A stretch of DNA of 64,000 bases from Flavobacteriaceae bacterium (GTDB taxonomy: Bacteria > Bacteroidota > Bacteroidia > Flavobacteriales > Flavobacteriaceae): contig PBJZ01000018.1 of NCBI GenBank assembly GCA_002721275.1, positions 3,729-67,728 of the forward strand. Reading direction: 5' to 3'. Below are positions 23,328 to 35,419 of the stretch, piece by piece. The translations under genes were made by a program, and so were the position numbers. The first letter of the stretch is position 1; each line of letters opens with the position of its first letter. The notes beneath the pieces were generated by a model that worked only from the letters and a program-made list of their open reading frames with translations, had not been told where the DNA came from and did no database searches.

Positions 23328-24593
23328 TTATATTTTTCTTCGTTTACTCCCCTTATATATTTGCCTAGGTCGTCCAATTGGTTCATGATTAAACTTCATC
23401 TCTTTCCACTGAGCTATCCAACCTGGAAGTCTCCCAAGAGCGAACATAACCGTGAACATTTGAGTTGGAATACCTAGAGCTCGGTAGATAATCCCTGAAT
23501 AAAAATCTACATTGGGATATAATTTTCTGTCAATAAAATATTTGTCATTCAAGGCTTCTTTCTCAAGACCCTTAGCAATTTCCAAAACTGGATCATTGAT
23601 ACCTAAATCCGACAATACATCGTCTGCAGCTTTTTTTATTATTTTAGCACGAGGATCAAAATTTTTGTAAACTCTATGGCCAAAACCCATTAATCTGAAA
23701 GGATGATTTTTGTCTTTTGCCTTAGACATAAATTTTTTGGTATCCCCGCCATCTCTTTTTATTAGTTCTAACATTTCAATTACAGCCTGATTAGCACCGC
23801 CATGGAGCCTTCCCCATAACGCAGAAATACCCGCAGATATTGAAGCAAAAAGTCCAGCCTCTGACGAACCAACAATTCTGACGGTTGATGTTGAACAGTT
23901 TTGTTCATGATCTGCATGTAATATTAAAAGTTTATTCAAGGCCGAAGTGATTGCGTCATGATTAGTGTAATTTTTATTAGGCTTCATAAACATCATCTTA
24001 GATAAGTTTTCAACGTATGAAATTGAAATATCAGGATAGTTTAATGGAAGTCCCTGGTGTTTCCTGTGAACCCAAGCGGTGAGTATAGAGAATTTTGCCA
24101 TTAACTGAACTATGGCACTATACATTTTTTCCTCTGATCTTACATCAACAGATCCTGGATTAAATGATATTAACGCAGAAGTAAGAGATGCAAGAATTCC
24201 CATTGGGTGCGCTCCAGTTGGAAAACTTTTAAGAATAGTCTTTATATCTTCATGAACTAATAACTCTTCTTTTATGTCATTTTCAAATTCCTCGCATTTT
24301 GATTTTGATGGTAACTCTCCAAAAATTAACAAATAGGATACCTCAATGAAACTTGAATTATTCGCTAAATCAGCTATATCGTAACCCCTGTATCTTAGAA
24401 CTCCATTTTCGCCATCAAGGTAAGTGATATCACTTATACATGAACCTGTATTTTTGTACCCTGGATCTAGGGTAATAAGGCCTGTATTTTGCCTTAGTGT
24501 TTTTATATCAATTGCTAACTCATCCTCAGACCCCTTAATGATTGGAAATTCGTATTCATTTCCGTTATAAAGCAATTTAATTGTATCGTCCAT
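23328..24593 (-). CDS. gltA: Citrate synthase
   Basis: 421 aa. The motifs HADHEQN, GFGHRVYK and DFYSG are diagnostic. Confidence 0.95.
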   Translation of the reverse strand: MDDTIKLLYNGNEYEFPIIKGSEDELAIDIKTLRQNTGLITLDPGYKNTGSCISDITYLDGENGVLRYRGYDIADLANNSSFIEVSYLLIFGELPSKSKCEEFENDIKEELLVHEDIKTILKSFPTGAHPMGILASLTSALISFNPGSVDVRSEEKMYSAIVQLMAKFSILTAWVHRKHQGLPLNYPDISISYVENLSKMMFMKPNKNYTNHDAITSALNKLLILHADHEQNCSTSTVRIVGSSEAGLFASISAGISALWGRLHGGANQAVIEMLELIKRDGGDTKKFMSKAKDKNHPFRLMGFGHRVYKNFDPRAKIIKKAADDVLSDLGINDPVLEIAKGLEKEALNDKYFIDRKLYPNVDFYSGIIYRALGIPTQMFTVMFALGRLPGWIAQWKEMKFNHEPIGRPRQIYKGSKRRKI

Positions 24594-24617
24594 AATTCTT
24601 TGTTATCACAAATTTAG

Positions 24618-25904
24618 TCAAAATTTAAATGCCCTCATCCTAGGATAATTGGCAAGATTTCCTAATTCCTCTTCAATCCGCAATAATTGATTATACTTTG
24701 ACATTCTATCACTTCTTGAAGCCGAACCAGTTTTAATTTGACCTGTGTTAAGAGCTACTGATAAATCAGCAATAATGGAATCTTCTGTTTCACCTGACCT
24801 GTGAGACATAACCGAGGTAAAACCTGCCTTGTTAGCCATTTCAACTGCAGCAATTGTTTCAGTTAGAGTTCCTATCTGATTAACCTTAATTAAAATAGAG
24901 TTTGCATAATTACCTTTAATTCCTTTTGAAAGTCTCTTTACATTTGTTACAAACAGGTCATCTCCAACTAATTGAAGTTTTTTTCCTCCAATTTTATTAA
25001 GATATTTCCAACCATCCCAATCATTTTCATCCATTCCATCTTCGATAGATATTATTGGGTATTTTGTAGCAAGTTCAATTAGGTATTCGGCTTGTTGTTT
25101 TGAACTTCTTATTTTACCATTATTACCTTCGAAGATGGTATAATCGTATTTATTATTTTTAAAAAACTCTGATGAAGCACAATCCAAAGCAATATTTATA
25201 TCATTTCCAGGTTTATATCCAGCATTATTTATAGCCAATAATATGGTGTCTAATGCATCCTCAGTACCTTTAAGTTTTGGCGCAAAACCACCCTCATCAC
25301 CTACTGACGTGGACAACTTCTTACTTACCAAAACTTTCTTTAGATTATGAAAAATCTCTGTACCCATTTTAATTGCATGAGAAAAGGTTTTAGCCCCACT
25401 GGGAATGATCATGAACTCTTGAAATGCAATAGGCGCATCTGAATGAGAGCCTCCATTAATAATATTCATCATTGGAACTGGCAAAGTGTTCGAATTTAAA
25501 TCTCCTATATACCGATAAAGTGGCAAACCAATCTCTTTAGCAGCAGCCTTGGCAAGAGATAAAGAAACACCTAGAATGGAATTTGCACCAAGATTTGATT
25601 TATTATCTGTTCCGTCTAATTTAATCATTAACTCATCAATACCTTTTTGATCAAAAACAGATAATCCTATTAGTTTCTTTGAAATGACATCATTAACAAT
25701 TTTTACTGCATTTTTAACGCCTTTTCCCATATAATCCAACCCTCCGTCTCTCATTTCTACTGCCTCATGTTCCCCTGTTGATGCTCCGGAGGGAACTGAT
25801 GCTCTCCCTAAAATTCCATTTTCAGTAATCAAGTCAACTTCAATTGTTGGATTACCCCTTGAGTCGAATATCTGTCTAGCGTGAATACTGGCTATTTTGC
25901 TCAT
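24618..25904 (-). CDS. eno: Enolase
   Basis: 428 aa. [27 protein letters not shown] and [11 protein letters not shown] are all present. Confidence 0.97.
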   Translation of the reverse strand: MSKIASIHARQIFDSRGNPTIEVDLITENGILGRASVPSGASTGEHEAVEMRDGGLDYMGKGVKNAVKIVNDVISKKLIGLSVFDQKGIDELMIKLDGTDNKSNLGANSILGVSLSLAKAAAKEIGLPLYRYIGDLNSNTLPVPMMNIINGGSHSDAPIAFQEFMIIPSGAKTFSHAIKMGTEIFHNLKKVLVSKKLSTSVGDEGGFAPKLKGTEDALDTILLAINNAGYKPGNDINIALDCASSEFFKNNKYDYTIFEGNNGKIRSSKQQAEYLIELATKYPIISIEDGMDENDWDGWKYLNKIGGKKLQLVGDDLFVTNVKRLSKGIKGNYANSILIKVNQIGTLTETIAAVEMANKAGFTSVMSHRSGETEDSIIADLSVALNTGQIKTGSASRSDRMSKYNQLLRIEEELGNLANYPRMRAFKF

Positions 25905-25906
25905 TA

Positions 25907-27013
25907 TTATTTTGTTTTTTTAATAAACTGAATAAACTTATCGAATAAATAATTTGAATCATTTGGTCCTGGCGCTGCTTCTGGATGATATTGCACAGAA
26001 AAACATTTTTTATTTTTTATTTGGATTCCAGCAATAGTTTTGTCATTTAGATGAGTATGGGTTATTATTATATCTTTATTTAATTCGGCACTATCCTTAT
26101 TGATTGCAAAACCGTGATTTTGAGATGTTATCTCTCCTTTACCTAATTGATGATTAAAAACAGGGTGATTAATTCCTCTATGACCATTAAACATTTTATA
26201 TGTCGGTATATTATTTGCAAGGGCTATGATTTGATGTCCCAAACAAATACCAAAAAGGGGTAAATTATTTTTAATAATCTTTTTTGCTAATAATTGAGCA
26301 CTCTTTAGGGGTTCAGGATCGCCAGGACCATTTGAAATAAAATAACCATCTGGCTTCCATTCCGAAAGCTCCTCAAATGTAGAATCATAAGGAAAAACTT
26401 TTGTGTAGATATCCCTTTCCGAGAAATGATTCAAGATATTTTGTTTTATACCCAGGTCTAGAGCTGAAACTTTATATTTAGCATCAGGATTTCCAAAAAA
26501 ATATGGTTTTTTTGTTGACACTTTAGATGCCAACTCCAAGCCCTCCATGGAAGGAAGCTCTTTTAATTTATTTGTTATTTCATTTATTTTATCTAACTCG
26601 GTTGTAATAACAGCATTCATTGCACCGTTATCTCGAATATAACTCACCAATGCTCTGGTATCAACATCTGAAATAACAACCTTATTATGTTTCTTAAAAT
26701 ATGAAAATAGATCAACTTTAGAGGATGGTCTGGTTTGAACATAGCTAAAATTTTTACATATCAATCCTGATATTTTGATTCCAATTGACTGAGAATCGGT
26801 GTCTAGAGTACCATAATTGCCAATGTGCGTATTTGTGGTAACCATAATTTGGCCGAAATAAGATGGGTCTGTAAAGATTTCCTGGTATCCAGTCATCCCT
26901 GTATTAAAACATATTTCCCCAAAACTACTTCCCTCAATTCCTACGGATTTTCCATAAAATTTGGTGCCGTCGGCAAGAATAACAATACCTTTTTTTAGTG
27001 CTATGTACCTCAT
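25907..27013 (-). CDS. carA: Carbamoyl-phosphate synthase small (glutaminase) subunit
   Basis: 368 aa. It has the GICLGHQ catalytic Cys and the QYHPEA motif. Confidence 0.93.
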   Translation of the reverse strand: MRYIALKKGIVILADGTKFYGKSVGIEGSSFGEICFNTGMTGYQEIFTDPSYFGQIMVTTNTHIGNYGTLDTDSQSIGIKISGLICKNFSYVQTRPSSKVDLFSYFKKHNKVVISDVDTRALVSYIRDNGAMNAVITTELDKINEITNKLKELPSMEGLELASKVSTKKPYFFGNPDAKYKVSALDLGIKQNILNHFSERDIYTKVFPYDSTFEELSEWKPDGYFISNGPGDPEPLKSAQLLAKKIIKNNLPLFGICLGHQIIALANNIPTYKMFNGHRGINHPVFNHQLGKGEITSQNHGFAINKDSAELNKDIIITHTHLNDKTIAGIQIKNKKCFSVQYHPEAAPGPNDSNYLFDKFIQFIKKTK

Positions 27014-27033
27014 AAATATGTATTACAAATTAA

Positions 27034-27066
27034 CACAAAAAAAGGATAATCTAAAATGATTACCCT
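27034..27066 (-). terminator. Rho-independent terminator candidate downstream of rplQ
   Basis: The minus strand reads AAGGGTAATC-ATTTTA-GATTATCCTT, a 10-bp stem with one G.U pair, followed by TTTTTGTGTT. It lies about 52 nt after the rplQ stop. Confidence 0.6.
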
Positions 27067-27117
27067 TTACAATTTTGCTATTTAAAAATATCTCTTTTAT
27101 TTAAGATTCAGATTAAA

Positions 27118-27594
27118 CTACTCTATAGTATTATTATTTTCATCTGTTTTTTTAACATCAGTGGTATCACTGTCACTTTTTTTCGACCTGCGTCTTCTTG
27201 TAGATTTCTTCTTTTGTTTATCTACTGAATATACATCATTAAAATCAACAAATTCAATTAGAGCCATGTCAGCATTATCTCCAAGCCTATTTCCAAGCTT
27301 AATAATCCTACAATAACCACCAGGTCTATCACCAATTTTTTTTGATATTACATCAAAAAGCACTGATACATGCTCATTACTTCTTAAAGAGCTAAATACC
27401 AACCTCCTATTGTGAGTAGAATCACTTTTTGCCTTTGTAATTAATGGTTCTATATAAATCCTTAAAGCCTTAGCCTTTGTTAAAGTTGTGTTAATCGATT
27501 TATGTTCAATTAATGAACATGCCATGTTAGATAGCATAGAAATCCTATGAGCTTTTTTTCTTCCAAGATGCATTAATTTTTTACCGTGTCTCAT
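27118..27594 (-). CDS. rplQ: 50S ribosomal protein L17
   Basis: MRHGKK..LGRK.. N-terminus, operon position after rpoA, and a basic C-terminal tail. Confidence 0.95.
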   Translation of the reverse strand: MRHGKKLMHLGRKKAHRISMLSNMACSLIEHKSINTTLTKAKALRIYIEPLITKAKSDSTHNRRLVFSSLRSNEHVSVLFDVISKKIGDRPGGYCRIIKLGNRLGDNADMALIEFVDFNDVYSVDKQKKKSTRRRRSKKSDSDTTDVKKTDENNNTIE

Positions 27595-27617
27595 AATAGT
27601 AAAATTAAAGTTTATAA

Positions 27618-28610
27618 TTAATCTCGATCTAATTTATATTTAGATAAATCCATTCCAAATGAAAGGCCTTTTAATATGACTAATTCTTCAAGTTCAGTTA
27701 AAGATTTTTTTCCAAAATTTCTAAACTTCATCAAGTCATTTTTATTATATGAAACAAGATCACCAAGTGTGTCTACTTCAGCAGCTTTTAGACAATTCAG
27801 AGCACGAACAGATAAATCCATATCAATTAGCTTGGTTTTTAACAATTGACGCATATGTAATGATTCCTCATCATATGTCTCAGTTTGAGCAATTTCATCA
27901 GCTTCGAGAGTGATTCTTTCGTCGGAAAATAAAAGAAAATGGTGGATTAAAGTTTTTGCTGCCTCAGTCAAAGCATCTTTAGGGTGAATAGAACCGTCAG
28001 TAATAATCTCAAATACCAACTTTTCATAGTCAGTTTTCTGTTCGACTCTGTAGTTTTCAATAGTATACTTTACATTTTTAACTGGAGTAAAAATAGAATC
28101 AATAGCAATTACTCCTAGTACAGAATCAATATTTTTATTTTCTTCAGCTGGAATGTAACCTCTACCTTTTTCAATTGTTAATTCAAAGTTGAATTGGACT
28201 GCTTTTTCTAAATTACAAACAACCTGTTCTGGATTTAATATTTGAAACCCGGAAATAAATTTTTGAAGGTCTGCTGCTTTAAGCTGGTTTTGTCCTGAAA
28301 TATTAATTTTTACTTTTTCATCTTCAACATCATCAATTTGTCGTTTAAATCTAATTTGTTTTAGATTGAGAACGATCTCAGTAACATCCTCAACAATACC
28401 AGGGATAGTAGAAAATTCGTGATCAATTCCTTCTATTTTTATAGAAGTTATTGCGAAACCTTCCAAAGATGACAAAAGTACTCTTCTGAGAGCATTACCG
28501 ATAGTTAATCCATATCCAGGTTCCAAAGGTCTAAATTCGAATTTTCCTTCAAAGTCTGAAGAATCAATCATAACTACTTTATCGGGTTTTTGAAAATTTA
28601 ATATTGCCAT
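27618..28610 (-). CDS. rpoA: DNA-directed RNA polymerase alpha subunit
   Basis: 330 aa. It has the [20 protein letters not shown] motif and a C-terminal helix-hairpin-helix (SVRALNCLK). Confidence 0.97.
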   Translation of the reverse strand: MAILNFQKPDKVVMIDSSDFEGKFEFRPLEPGYGLTIGNALRRVLLSSLEGFAITSIKIEGIDHEFSTIPGIVEDVTEIVLNLKQIRFKRQIDDVEDEKVKINISGQNQLKAADLQKFISGFQILNPEQVVCNLEKAVQFNFELTIEKGRGYIPAEENKNIDSVLGVIAIDSIFTPVKNVKYTIENYRVEQKTDYEKLVFEIITDGSIHPKDALTEAAKTLIHHFLLFSDERITLEADEIAQTETYDEESLHMRQLLKTKLIDMDLSVRALNCLKAAEVDTLGDLVSYNKNDLMKFRNFGKKSLTELEELVILKGLSFGMDLSKYKLDRD

Positions 28611-28617
28611 AATTTTA

Positions 28618-29223
28618 TTATTTTGAGTATAGTTCTACAATTAGTTGTTCTTTAATATTTTCTGGGATCTGAATACGTTGTGGGACTGAAACAAACGTCC
28701 CTTTAAGTGAGTCAATATCCCATGTAAGCCATTCATATGTACTTGTATTTTTTTCTATTGAATTCTTAATCACTTCAAGTGTTTTTGATTTTTCTCTTAC
28801 CCCAATTATATCACCGGGTTTTAATTGGTATGAAGGAATATTAACTACACTATCGTTAACAGTAATATGTCGATGTGAAACCAACTGTCTTGAACCTCTT
28901 CTTGAAGAAGATAACCCTAATCTGAAAACAGTATTATCAAGACGAGACTCACAAAGTTGCAATAATACTTCTCCAGTTACGCCTTTTGATCTATTCGCTT
29001 TTTCAAAAAGATTTTTGAACTGTCGTTCTAAAATACCATATGAATATTTTGCTTTCTGCTTTTCCATAAGTTGGATTGCATATTCAGATTTCTTTCCTCG
29101 TCTACGGTTATTTCCATGCTGTCCAGGAGGATAGTTTCTTTTCTCAAAGGACTTATCTTCACCAAAAATAGGCTCTCCGAACTTTCTAGCAATTTTTGTT
29201 TTGGGACCTGTGTATCTTGCCAT
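28618..29223 (-). CDS. rpsD: 30S ribosomal protein S4
   Basis: MARYTGPK... N-terminus, 201 aa, correct operon context. Confidence 0.97.
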   Translation of the reverse strand: MARYTGPKTKIARKFGEPIFGEDKSFEKRNYPPGQHGNNRRRGKKSEYAIQLMEKQKAKYSYGILERQFKNLFEKANRSKGVTGEVLLQLCESRLDNTVFRLGLSSSRRGSRQLVSHRHITVNDSVVNIPSYQLKPGDIIGVREKSKTLEVIKNSIEKNTSTYEWLTWDIDSLKGTFVSVPQRIQIPENIKEQLIVELYSK

Positions 29224-29243
29224 TATTATATTTTATTTTAAAA

Positions 29244-29627
29244 TTAAACACGTCTTCTTTTTGGTGGACGACAACCATTGTGAGGTTGAGGAGTTACATC
29301 AACAATTTCAGTAACTTCGATACCATTATTATGTAAAGTTCGTATAGCAGACTCTCTGCCATTACCAGGGCCCTTTACATATACTTTTACTTTCCTAAGC
29401 CCTGCTTCTTGTGCCTGTTTGGCACAATCTTCGGCAGCAGTTTGTGCAGCGTATGGTGTATTTTTTTTTGAACCTCTAAAACCCATTTTCCCTGCTGATG
29501 ACCAGGAAATGACCTCACCCTTCATATTTGTTAATGATATTATAATATTATTAAAAGAAGCATTAATATGAGCTTGCCCTGATGCCTCAACTAAAACCCT
29601 TCTTTTTTTAGAAACTGATTTTGCCAT
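29244..29627 (-). CDS. rpsK: 30S ribosomal protein S11
   Basis: 127 aa with the ...[13 protein letters not shown]-terminus. Confidence 0.97.
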   Translation of the reverse strand: MAKSVSKKRRVLVEASGQAHINASFNNIIISLTNMKGEVISWSSAGKMGFRGSKKNTPYAAQTAAEDCAKQAQEAGLRKVKVYVKGPGNGRESAIRTLHNNGIEVTEIVDVTPQPHNGCRPPKRRRV

Positions 29628-29639
29628 AATAAATTAAGT

Positions 29640-30014
29640 TTATTTAGTTACTTTCTTTTTGTTAGCTACTGTTTTCCTTTTTCCTTTTCTTGTCCTCGAA
29701 TTGTTTTTGGTTCTCTGTCCACGAAGAGGAAGTCCTATTCTGTGACGAATACCACGGTAACAACCAATGTCCATTAATCTTTTAATATTAATTTGGTTTT
29801 CAGACCTTAATTCTCCCTCAATTTTAAAACCACCGACGACATCTCTAATTCGACCTGTTTCTTCATCAGTCCATTCTGCAACTTTAATTTCTTGACTAAC
29901 CTTAGCTTTATTTAAAATTGAAGAAGCCCTGCTTTTCCCAATACCAAATATGTATGTTAATGCAATAACTCCTCTTTTCTGTTTGGGTATATCAACCCCT
30001 GATATTCTTGCCAT
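29640..30014 (-). CDS. rpsM: 30S ribosomal protein S13
   Basis: [10 protein letters not shown]... N-terminus, 124 aa. Confidence 0.97.
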   Translation of the reverse strand: MARISGVDIPKQKRGVIALTYIFGIGKSRASSILNKAKVSQEIKVAEWTDEETGRIRDVVGGFKIEGELRSENQINIKRLMDIGCYRGIRHRIGLPLRGQRTKNNSRTRKGKRKTVANKKKVTK

Positions 30015-30017
30015 AAT

Positions 30018-30134
30018 TTAACCTTGTCTTTGTTTGAATCGAGGATTCTTTTTGTTAATAACGTACAAAGTACCTTTTCGTCTTACAATTTTGCAATCGG
30101 CACTCCTTTTTTTTACTGATGTTCTTGTTTTCAT
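30018..30134 (-). CDS. rpmJ: 50S ribosomal protein L36 (38 aa; not in the ORF track because it is too short)
   Basis: Manual translation of the minus strand gives [38 protein letters not shown]. It occupies the canonical infA-rpmJ-rpsM slot. Confidence 0.9.
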   Translation of the reverse strand: MKTRTSVKKRSADCKIVRRKGTLYVINKKNPRFKQRQG

Positions 30135-30154
30135 TTAATTTTTTTTCTTTAATA

Positions 30155-30370
30155 TCAAAATCTGTAAGTGATCCTAGCCTTTGATAAATCATACGGACTC
30201 ATTTCTAATTTTACCTTATCTCCAGGTAATAACTTTATGTAATGCAATCTCATTTTTCCAGAGATATGCGCTGTAACCACATGACCATTTTCAAGCTCAA
30301 CCCTAAACATAGCGTTTGATAATGCCTCAATTATTTTACCTTCTTGTTCTATTGCTTCTTGTTTGGCCAT
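30155..30370 (-). CDS. infA: Translation initiation factor IF-1
   Basis: 71 aa with ...[18 protein letters not shown]...I..GD.V..E.SPYDL.K.RI.YR. Confidence 0.97.
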   Translation of the reverse strand: MAKQEAIEQEGKIIEALSNAMFRVELENGHVVTAHISGKMRLHYIKLLPGDKVKLEMSPYDLSKARITYRF

Positions 30371-30374
30371 GTAT

Positions 30375-31739
30375 TTATATTGTTGGTGTTATTGTCCTAC
30401 GACTTTTTCCTGTTTTCATTAGTCCATCGTAATGTCTGTTTAATAAATATGAATTTACTTGCTGTATGGTATCAATCGCAACTCCTACCATAATTAAGAG
30501 TGACGTACCCCCATAAAACAATGCCCAACCTTGTTGCATTCCCATAAATTTAACCACAATAGCCGGGAAAACTGCAATAGCAGCTAAATAAAGAGATCCT
30601 GGAAAAGTAATATTTGTCATTATGTTGTCAAGATAATTAGATGTATCATTTCCAGGTCTAATGCCAGGGATAAATCCGCCACTTCTTTTTAAATCATCTG
30701 ACATTTTATTAGTGGGAACAGTCATGGCAGTGTAGAAAAAAGTAAAAATTATGATTAGTAAACCGAATAAAATATTATACCAAAATCCAAAAATATCAGA
30801 AAACTCAGATTGCATCCATTGTCCAAAACTCGAATTTTCAAATAAACTACCAATATATACTGGAGCAAACATTAATGCCTGTGCAAATATAATGGGCATT
30901 ACTCCTGATGCATTTAATTTTAAAGGAATATATTGTCTACTTCCAGCCAAGTTATTATTTTGTGTTGAATTTGCGCTTGCGGTTCTTCTTGCATATTGAA
31001 CGGGAATTTGTCTTACTGCCATTACAAGCAAAATTGATAACAAAATTATTACTATCCACAGTACTAACTCAATCAAGATAAGCATCAGACCCCCGTTATT
31101 TTCGGAAACCCTTGAAATAAACTCTTGTGTGAATGATAGCGGTAAATTTGCAATTATTCCAACCATAATAAGTAAGGATATTCCGTTGCCTATACCCTTG
31201 TCAGTTATTTTTTCACCCAACCACATGGCAAAGATAGTACCAGTGACCAAAATTGTTACTGATGAAAATAAAAATAATGGGCCTCTGCCTAGAATAAAAG
31301 CACTATCAGGAACCCCAAGTGCTGATAATCCAAAAAGATATGCGGGAGCCTGAACTATACATATTGCAATAGTTAACCATCTTGTAATCTGGTTGATTGT
31401 TTTCCGACCACTCTCACCTTCCTTTTGAAGTTTTTGAAGGTAAGGGATCGCTATCCCCATTAATTGGACAACAATTGAAGCAGAAATATAAGGCATAATA
31501 CCTAAAGCAAATACCGATGCATTTGTAAAAGCACCACCGGTAAATGCATTTAATATGCCTAACAAGCCACCACCATCCGCTCTTTCAGATAGTGAAGCGA
31601 GTTGTACAGAATCAATTCCTGGAATAACTATTTGAGCACCTAAACGATAAACTAATAATAAAAGTAACGTAACCCCAATCCTCTGACGGAGTTCATCGAT
31701 ATTATAAATATTTATAATTGTTTCTAAGAATTTTTTCAT
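30375..31739 (-). CDS. secY: Preprotein translocase subunit SecY
   Basis: 454 aa, 10-TM pattern, with [10 protein letters not shown] and [10 protein letters not shown] motifs. Confidence 0.97.
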   Translation of the reverse strand: MKKFLETIINIYNIDELRQRIGVTLLLLLVYRLGAQIVIPGIDSVQLASLSERADGGGLLGILNAFTGGAFTNASVFALGIMPYISASIVVQLMGIAIPYLQKLQKEGESGRKTINQITRWLTIAICIVQAPAYLFGLSALGVPDSAFILGRGPLFLFSSVTILVTGTIFAMWLGEKITDKGIGNGISLLIMVGIIANLPLSFTQEFISRVSENNGGLMLILIELVLWIVIILLSILLVMAVRQIPVQYARRTASANSTQNNNLAGSRQYIPLKLNASGVMPIIFAQALMFAPVYIGSLFENSSFGQWMQSEFSDIFGFWYNILFGLLIIIFTFFYTAMTVPTNKMSDDLKRSGGFIPGIRPGNDTSNYLDNIMTNITFPGSLYLAAIAVFPAIVVKFMGMQQGWALFYGGTSLLIMVGVAIDTIQQVNSYLLNRHYDGLMKTGKSRRTITPTI

Positions 31740-31744
31740 CTATA

Positions 31745-32197
31745 TTATATAATAATTGCCTCTCCACCTGCGTTTTCAATTGCTTTTTTTGCAGATGATG
31801 TAAACTTATGGGCAGAAATTTTCAATGAAATATCTATTTTTCCTCTTCCCAGAATCTTAACAAGATCACTTTTACGGGCTAATCGGTATTGAATAAATTC
31901 TTCAAAGGAAATTTTCTTCTTAATTTTTTTTGATTCAACAAGCTTTTGAATTGTATCAATATTAATAACCTTATATTCTTTTCGATTTATATTTTTGAAT
32001 CCAAACTTTGGTACACGTCTTTGGAGTGGCATTTGACCACCTTCAAAACCTAATTTCTTTGAGTATCCGGACCTTGATTTGGCCCCTTTATGTCCTCTTG
32101 AAGCCGTTCCGCCTTTTCCTGATCCTTCACCTCTACCTAATCTCTTATTGTTTTTTTTAACAGAGCCTTCAGCAGGCTTTAAATTATCTAAACTCAT
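31745..32197 (-). CDS. rplO: 50S ribosomal protein L15
   Basis: 150 aa with the Gly/Arg/Lys-rich N-terminus LKPAEGS.K..KR.GRG.GSG.GGT. Confidence 0.95.
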   Translation of the reverse strand: MSLDNLKPAEGSVKKNNKRLGRGEGSGKGGTASRGHKGAKSRSGYSKKLGFEGGQMPLQRRVPKFGFKNINRKEYKVINIDTIQKLVESKKIKKKISFEEFIQYRLARKSDLVKILGRGKIDISLKISAHKFTSSAKKAIENAGGEAIII

Positions 32198-32207
32198 AAA
32201 CTTTTAT

Positions 32208-32387
32208 TTAAACCTTAATTACAGAAACTAAATGTTCAACTTTTTTTATCATACCCAAAATACTTGGAGATGACTTATGAACTACTTCATTTCCAATTCC
32301 TTTGAGTCCCAAAGCCTCTAGTGTTCTTTTCTGGGATTTTAGTCTTTTTATTCCACTTTTAATTTGAATAACTTTAATACTTTCCAT
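32208..32387 (-). CDS. rpmD: 50S ribosomal protein L30
   Basis: The track ORF (to 32408) overlaps rpsE. The internal ATG at 32387 gives MESIKVIQIKSGI...TLEALGL, 59 aa, the normal L30 length. Confidence 0.9.
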   Translation of the reverse strand: MESIKVIQIKSGIKRLKSQKRTLEALGLKGIGNEVVHKSSPSILGMIKKVEHLVSVIKV

Positions 32388-32400
32388 TATAAATAATAAT

Positions 32401-32925
32401 TTAACCATTAAAAACTTTCTCTATTGATATACCTCTTTCCTTAGCGATTTGCTCTGGACTTCTTAACTTCAATAAAGCATCAAAAGTAGCTTTCACAACA
32501 TTATGAGGGTTTGATGAACCTTGTGATTTTGAAAGTACATTTTGAACCCCAACAGACTCCAGTACAGCACGCACAGCACCGCCAGCAATAACACCAGTAC
32601 CCTCGGAGGCAGGCTTAATAAAAACTTTAGCCCCTCCATATTTACCCTTTTGCTCATGTGGTATTGTTCCGTTTTTTACAGGAATTCTAACTAAATTCTT
32701 TTTAGCATCTTCAATTGCTTTAGATATTGCTTCGGAAACCTCCTTAGATTTTCCTAGACCCTGACCTAAAACACCATTTTCATCTCCAACCACAACGATT
32801 GCAGAAAAACCAAAGGCTCTTCCACCCTTAGTTACCTTAGTTACACGTTGAACTCCAACCAACCGATCTTTTAGATCTAGTCCTGCCGGTTTTACATACT
32901 CTATGTTGCTATAATTTTGATACAT
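32401..32925 (-). CDS. rpsE: 30S ribosomal protein S5
   Basis: 174 aa with the V.RV.KV.KGGR.F.F.A.VVVGD motif. Confidence 0.96.
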   Translation of the reverse strand: MYQNYSNIEYVKPAGLDLKDRLVGVQRVTKVTKGGRAFGFSAIVVVGDENGVLGQGLGKSKEVSEAISKAIEDAKKNLVRIPVKNGTIPHEQKGKYGGAKVFIKPASEGTGVIAGGAVRAVLESVGVQNVLSKSQGSSNPHNVVKATFDALLKLRSPEQIAKERGISIEKVFNG

Positions 32926-32932
32926 AATATAA

Positions 32933-33283
32933 TTAAAGTTTTAATCCACCCTCACGGGCTCCTTCAGCTAATGATTTAACTCTTCCATGATACAAATATC
33001 CGCTTCTATCGAATTTAACTGCACTTATACCTAGTTTGATAGATCTTTTAGCAATTAATTTTCCTACATTCAAAGACTTTTCTAGTTTTGAAGACCCATT
33101 AACATCATTCTCACGGGAAGATGCGGTAGCAATTGTTTTACCAGCTTTATCATCAATCAATTGAGCATATATTTCATTATTACTTCTGAAAACTGAAAGT
33201 CTTGGAAAAGAAGCATTACCACTTATAGTTTTACGAATTCTACTTCGTATTCTTTTTCTTCGTTCTATTTTAGTTAGTCTCAT
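32933..33283 (-). CDS. rplR: 50S ribosomal protein L18
   Basis: 116 aa with [15 protein letters not shown] and ...YHGRVK.LA...RE.GL. Confidence 0.96.
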   Translation of the reverse strand: MRLTKIERRKRIRSRIRKTISGNASFPRLSVFRSNNEIYAQLIDDKAGKTIATASSRENDVNGSSKLEKSLNVGKLIAKRSIKLGISAVKFDRSGYLYHGRVKSLAEGAREGGLKL

Positions 33284-33295
33284 ATTAAATATAAA

Positions 33296-33838
33296 TTATG
33301 CTGATTTACCTGCTTTTCTTCTAATTTGTTCACCAACAAATCGAATACCTTTACCTTTATATGGCTCAGGTTTTCTGAATGATCTTATCTTGGCAGCAAC
33401 GAAACCGATTAATTGTTTATCGTGCGAAGTTAATTTAATTATTGGGTTTTTACCTTTCTCAGTAATTGTTTCAACTTTTACCTCAGGGGCAACTTCAAGT
33501 AGAATATTATGAGAGAAACCCAAAGCTAAATCTAAAGTTTGATTTTGATTAGAAGCACGATAACCAACACCCACTAACTCCAATTCTTTGGTATATCCAG
33601 TACTTACTCCGAAAACCATATTGTAAATTAGTGATCTGTATAAACCATGCTTTGACCTCGAAGTTTTAGATTCAGACAAATTTTTGACATTAATGATATT
33701 TTCATTGATATCTATCACAACATCCAAGAAAGTCTGACTTAATTGACCAAGTTTACCCTTAACTGTAATTAAGTTTTTCGAAAGTTCAACTTGAACACCT
33801 TCGGGTATTTCTATAGGGTTATTTCCAATTCTTGACAT
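33296..33838 (-). CDS. rplF: 50S ribosomal protein L6
   Basis: MSRIG..PI.IP.GV.V N-terminus, 180 aa. Confidence 0.96.
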   Translation of the reverse strand: MSRIGNNPIEIPEGVQVELSKNLITVKGKLGQLSQTFLDVVIDINENIINVKNLSESKTSRSKHGLYRSLIYNMVFGVSTGYTKELELVGVGYRASNQNQTLDLALGFSHNILLEVAPEVKVETITEKGKNPIIKLTSHDKQLIGFVAAKIRSFRKPEPYKGKGIRFVGEQIRRKAGKSA

Positions 33839-33855
33839 ATCAAATTATGATTTTA

Positions 33856-34257
33856 TTAATAAACATAACATATTACTTCTCCTCCAATATTCTGTTTTTT
33901 TGCTTCTTTTCCAGTCATTACTCCTTTAGATGTTGATATTATGGAAATTCCTAAACCATTTAACACTCTCGGTAGATCCTGACTTGAATTGTACTGACGT
34001 AAACCAGGGGTACTGATTCTTTGTATTTTTTTTATGACAGGGTCTTTGGTATGTAAATCATATTTTAAAGCAATTTTAATGCTTCCTTGATTATTGATTT
34101 TTTCCTCAAATTTATAACTCAATATATATCCCTGATCAAAAAGAATTTTGGTTATTTCTTTTTTTAAATTAGATGCAGGTATTGAAACTACACGGTGCCC
34201 TGCACTATTCGCATTTCTCAGTCTAGTTAAATAATCTGCTATTGGATCTGTGTTCAT
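33856..34257 (-). CDS. rpsH: 30S ribosomal protein S8
   Basis: DPIAD.LTR.RNA motif, 133 aa. Confidence 0.96.
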   Translation of the reverse strand: MNTDPIADYLTRLRNANSAGHRVVSIPASNLKKEITKILFDQGYILSYKFEEKINNQGSIKIALKYDLHTKDPVIKKIQRISTPGLRQYNSSQDLPRVLNGLGISIISTSKGVMTGKEAKKQNIGGEVICYVY

Positions 34258-34267
34258 ATTATTTATT

Positions 34268-34537
34268 TTACCAGCTGGCTTTTGTTACACCAGGGATTAA
34301 ACCTTTATTTGCCATTTCTCTGAAAGTTACCCTTGAAATACCAAAATGTCTCATATATCCTTTCGGTCGACCAGTCAACTTACATCTATTGTGCAATCGG
34401 ACAGGAGAGGCGTTTCTTGGTAACTTCTGTAAACCCTCGTAATCTCCAGCTTCCTTAAGTGCTTTTCGCTTTGCAGAGTATTTTGCAACTATTTTTGCTC
34501 GCTTTACTTCACGTGCTTTCATTGATTCTTTTGCCAT
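34268..34537 (-). CDS. rpsN: 30S ribosomal protein S14 (long, non-zinc form)
   Basis: 89 aa with the ...RNRC..TGRP.GY.R.FG.SR..FRE.A..G.IPGV.KASW C-terminus. Confidence 0.95.
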   Translation of the reverse strand: MAKESMKAREVKRAKIVAKYSAKRKALKEAGDYEGLQKLPRNASPVRLHNRCKLTGRPKGYMRHFGISRVTFREMANKGLIPGVTKASW

Positions 34538-34538
34538 A

Positions 34539-35090
34539 TTATTTTTTTTTAAATGGAACTCCCATTTCGTTTAATAGTGATTTTGCCTCTTTATCAGTTT
34601 TTGCAGTAGTTACAAATGAAATATCCATACCACCTATTTTATTTACCTTATCAATATCAATTTCAGGAAAAATTATCTGTTCAGTTATACCCAGATTGTA
34701 ATTACCTCTTCCATCAAAACCTGAAGATTTAACTCCCTGAAAATCTCTTACTCTTGGTAATGCAAAAGTAACAAGCCTATCAAGAAACTCAAACATTCTC
34801 TCTCCTCTTAAAGTTACTTTAGCCCCTATTGGCATTCCTTTTCTTAGTTTGAAGGAAGCAACATCTTTTTTTGAGAGGGTGGCAATAGCTTTTTGTCCTG
34901 TGATTTGAGTCAATTCATCAATAGCATAATCTATTTGTTTTTTATCTGATACAGCCGAACCAACCCCTCGACTGACTACAATCTTAGTTAGTTTTGGGAC
35001 TTGCATCACATTACTGTAATTAAACTCTTTTTTTAGGGAGTTAATTATGGTCTCGTTGTATTCTTTTTTGAGTCTAGGCTTATAATTCAT
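34539..35090 (-). CDS. rplE: 50S ribosomal protein L5
   Basis: 183 aa, at the correct spc-operon position. Confidence 0.96.
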   Translation of the reverse strand: MNYKPRLKKEYNETIINSLKKEFNYSNVMQVPKLTKIVVSRGVGSAVSDKKQIDYAIDELTQITGQKAIATLSKKDVASFKLRKGMPIGAKVTLRGERMFEFLDRLVTFALPRVRDFQGVKSSGFDGRGNYNLGITEQIIFPEIDIDKVNKIGGMDISFVTTAKTDKEAKSLLNEMGVPFKKK

Positions 35091-35092
35091 AG

Positions 35093-35404
35093 TTATATGA
35101 CTTCATTTGTTTTTTTTGAATATCTAATTTTCTCGTTTCCCTCAAATTTATATCCAACTCTTGTTACCTTGCCATCAGGTAAAAAAAGTGAAATGTTTGA
35201 AATATGAATAGCGGCTTCCTTTTCTTTTATTCCTCCTTTGGGATCTTGTGAATTAGGCTTAGTGTGTTTTTTAACAATATTAACACCTTCAACTATGACT
35301 TTGTTTGAGATATCAACGAACTTTAAAACTTTTCCTTCTTTACCTTTGTGAGCTCCTGATATAACTCTTACTAAATCTCCTTTTCTTATCTTTGTTTTAT
35401 TCAT
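35093..35404 (-). CDS. rplX: 50S ribosomal protein L24
   Basis: 103 aa with the KGD.V.VI.G..KGK.G.V KOW motif. Confidence 0.95.
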   Translation of the reverse strand: MNKTKIRKGDLVRVISGAHKGKEGKVLKFVDISNKVIVEGVNIVKKHTKPNSQDPKGGIKEKEAAIHISNISLFLPDGKVTRVGYKFEGNEKIRYSKKTNEVI

Positions 35405-35419
35405 AATTCTTATATGTTT

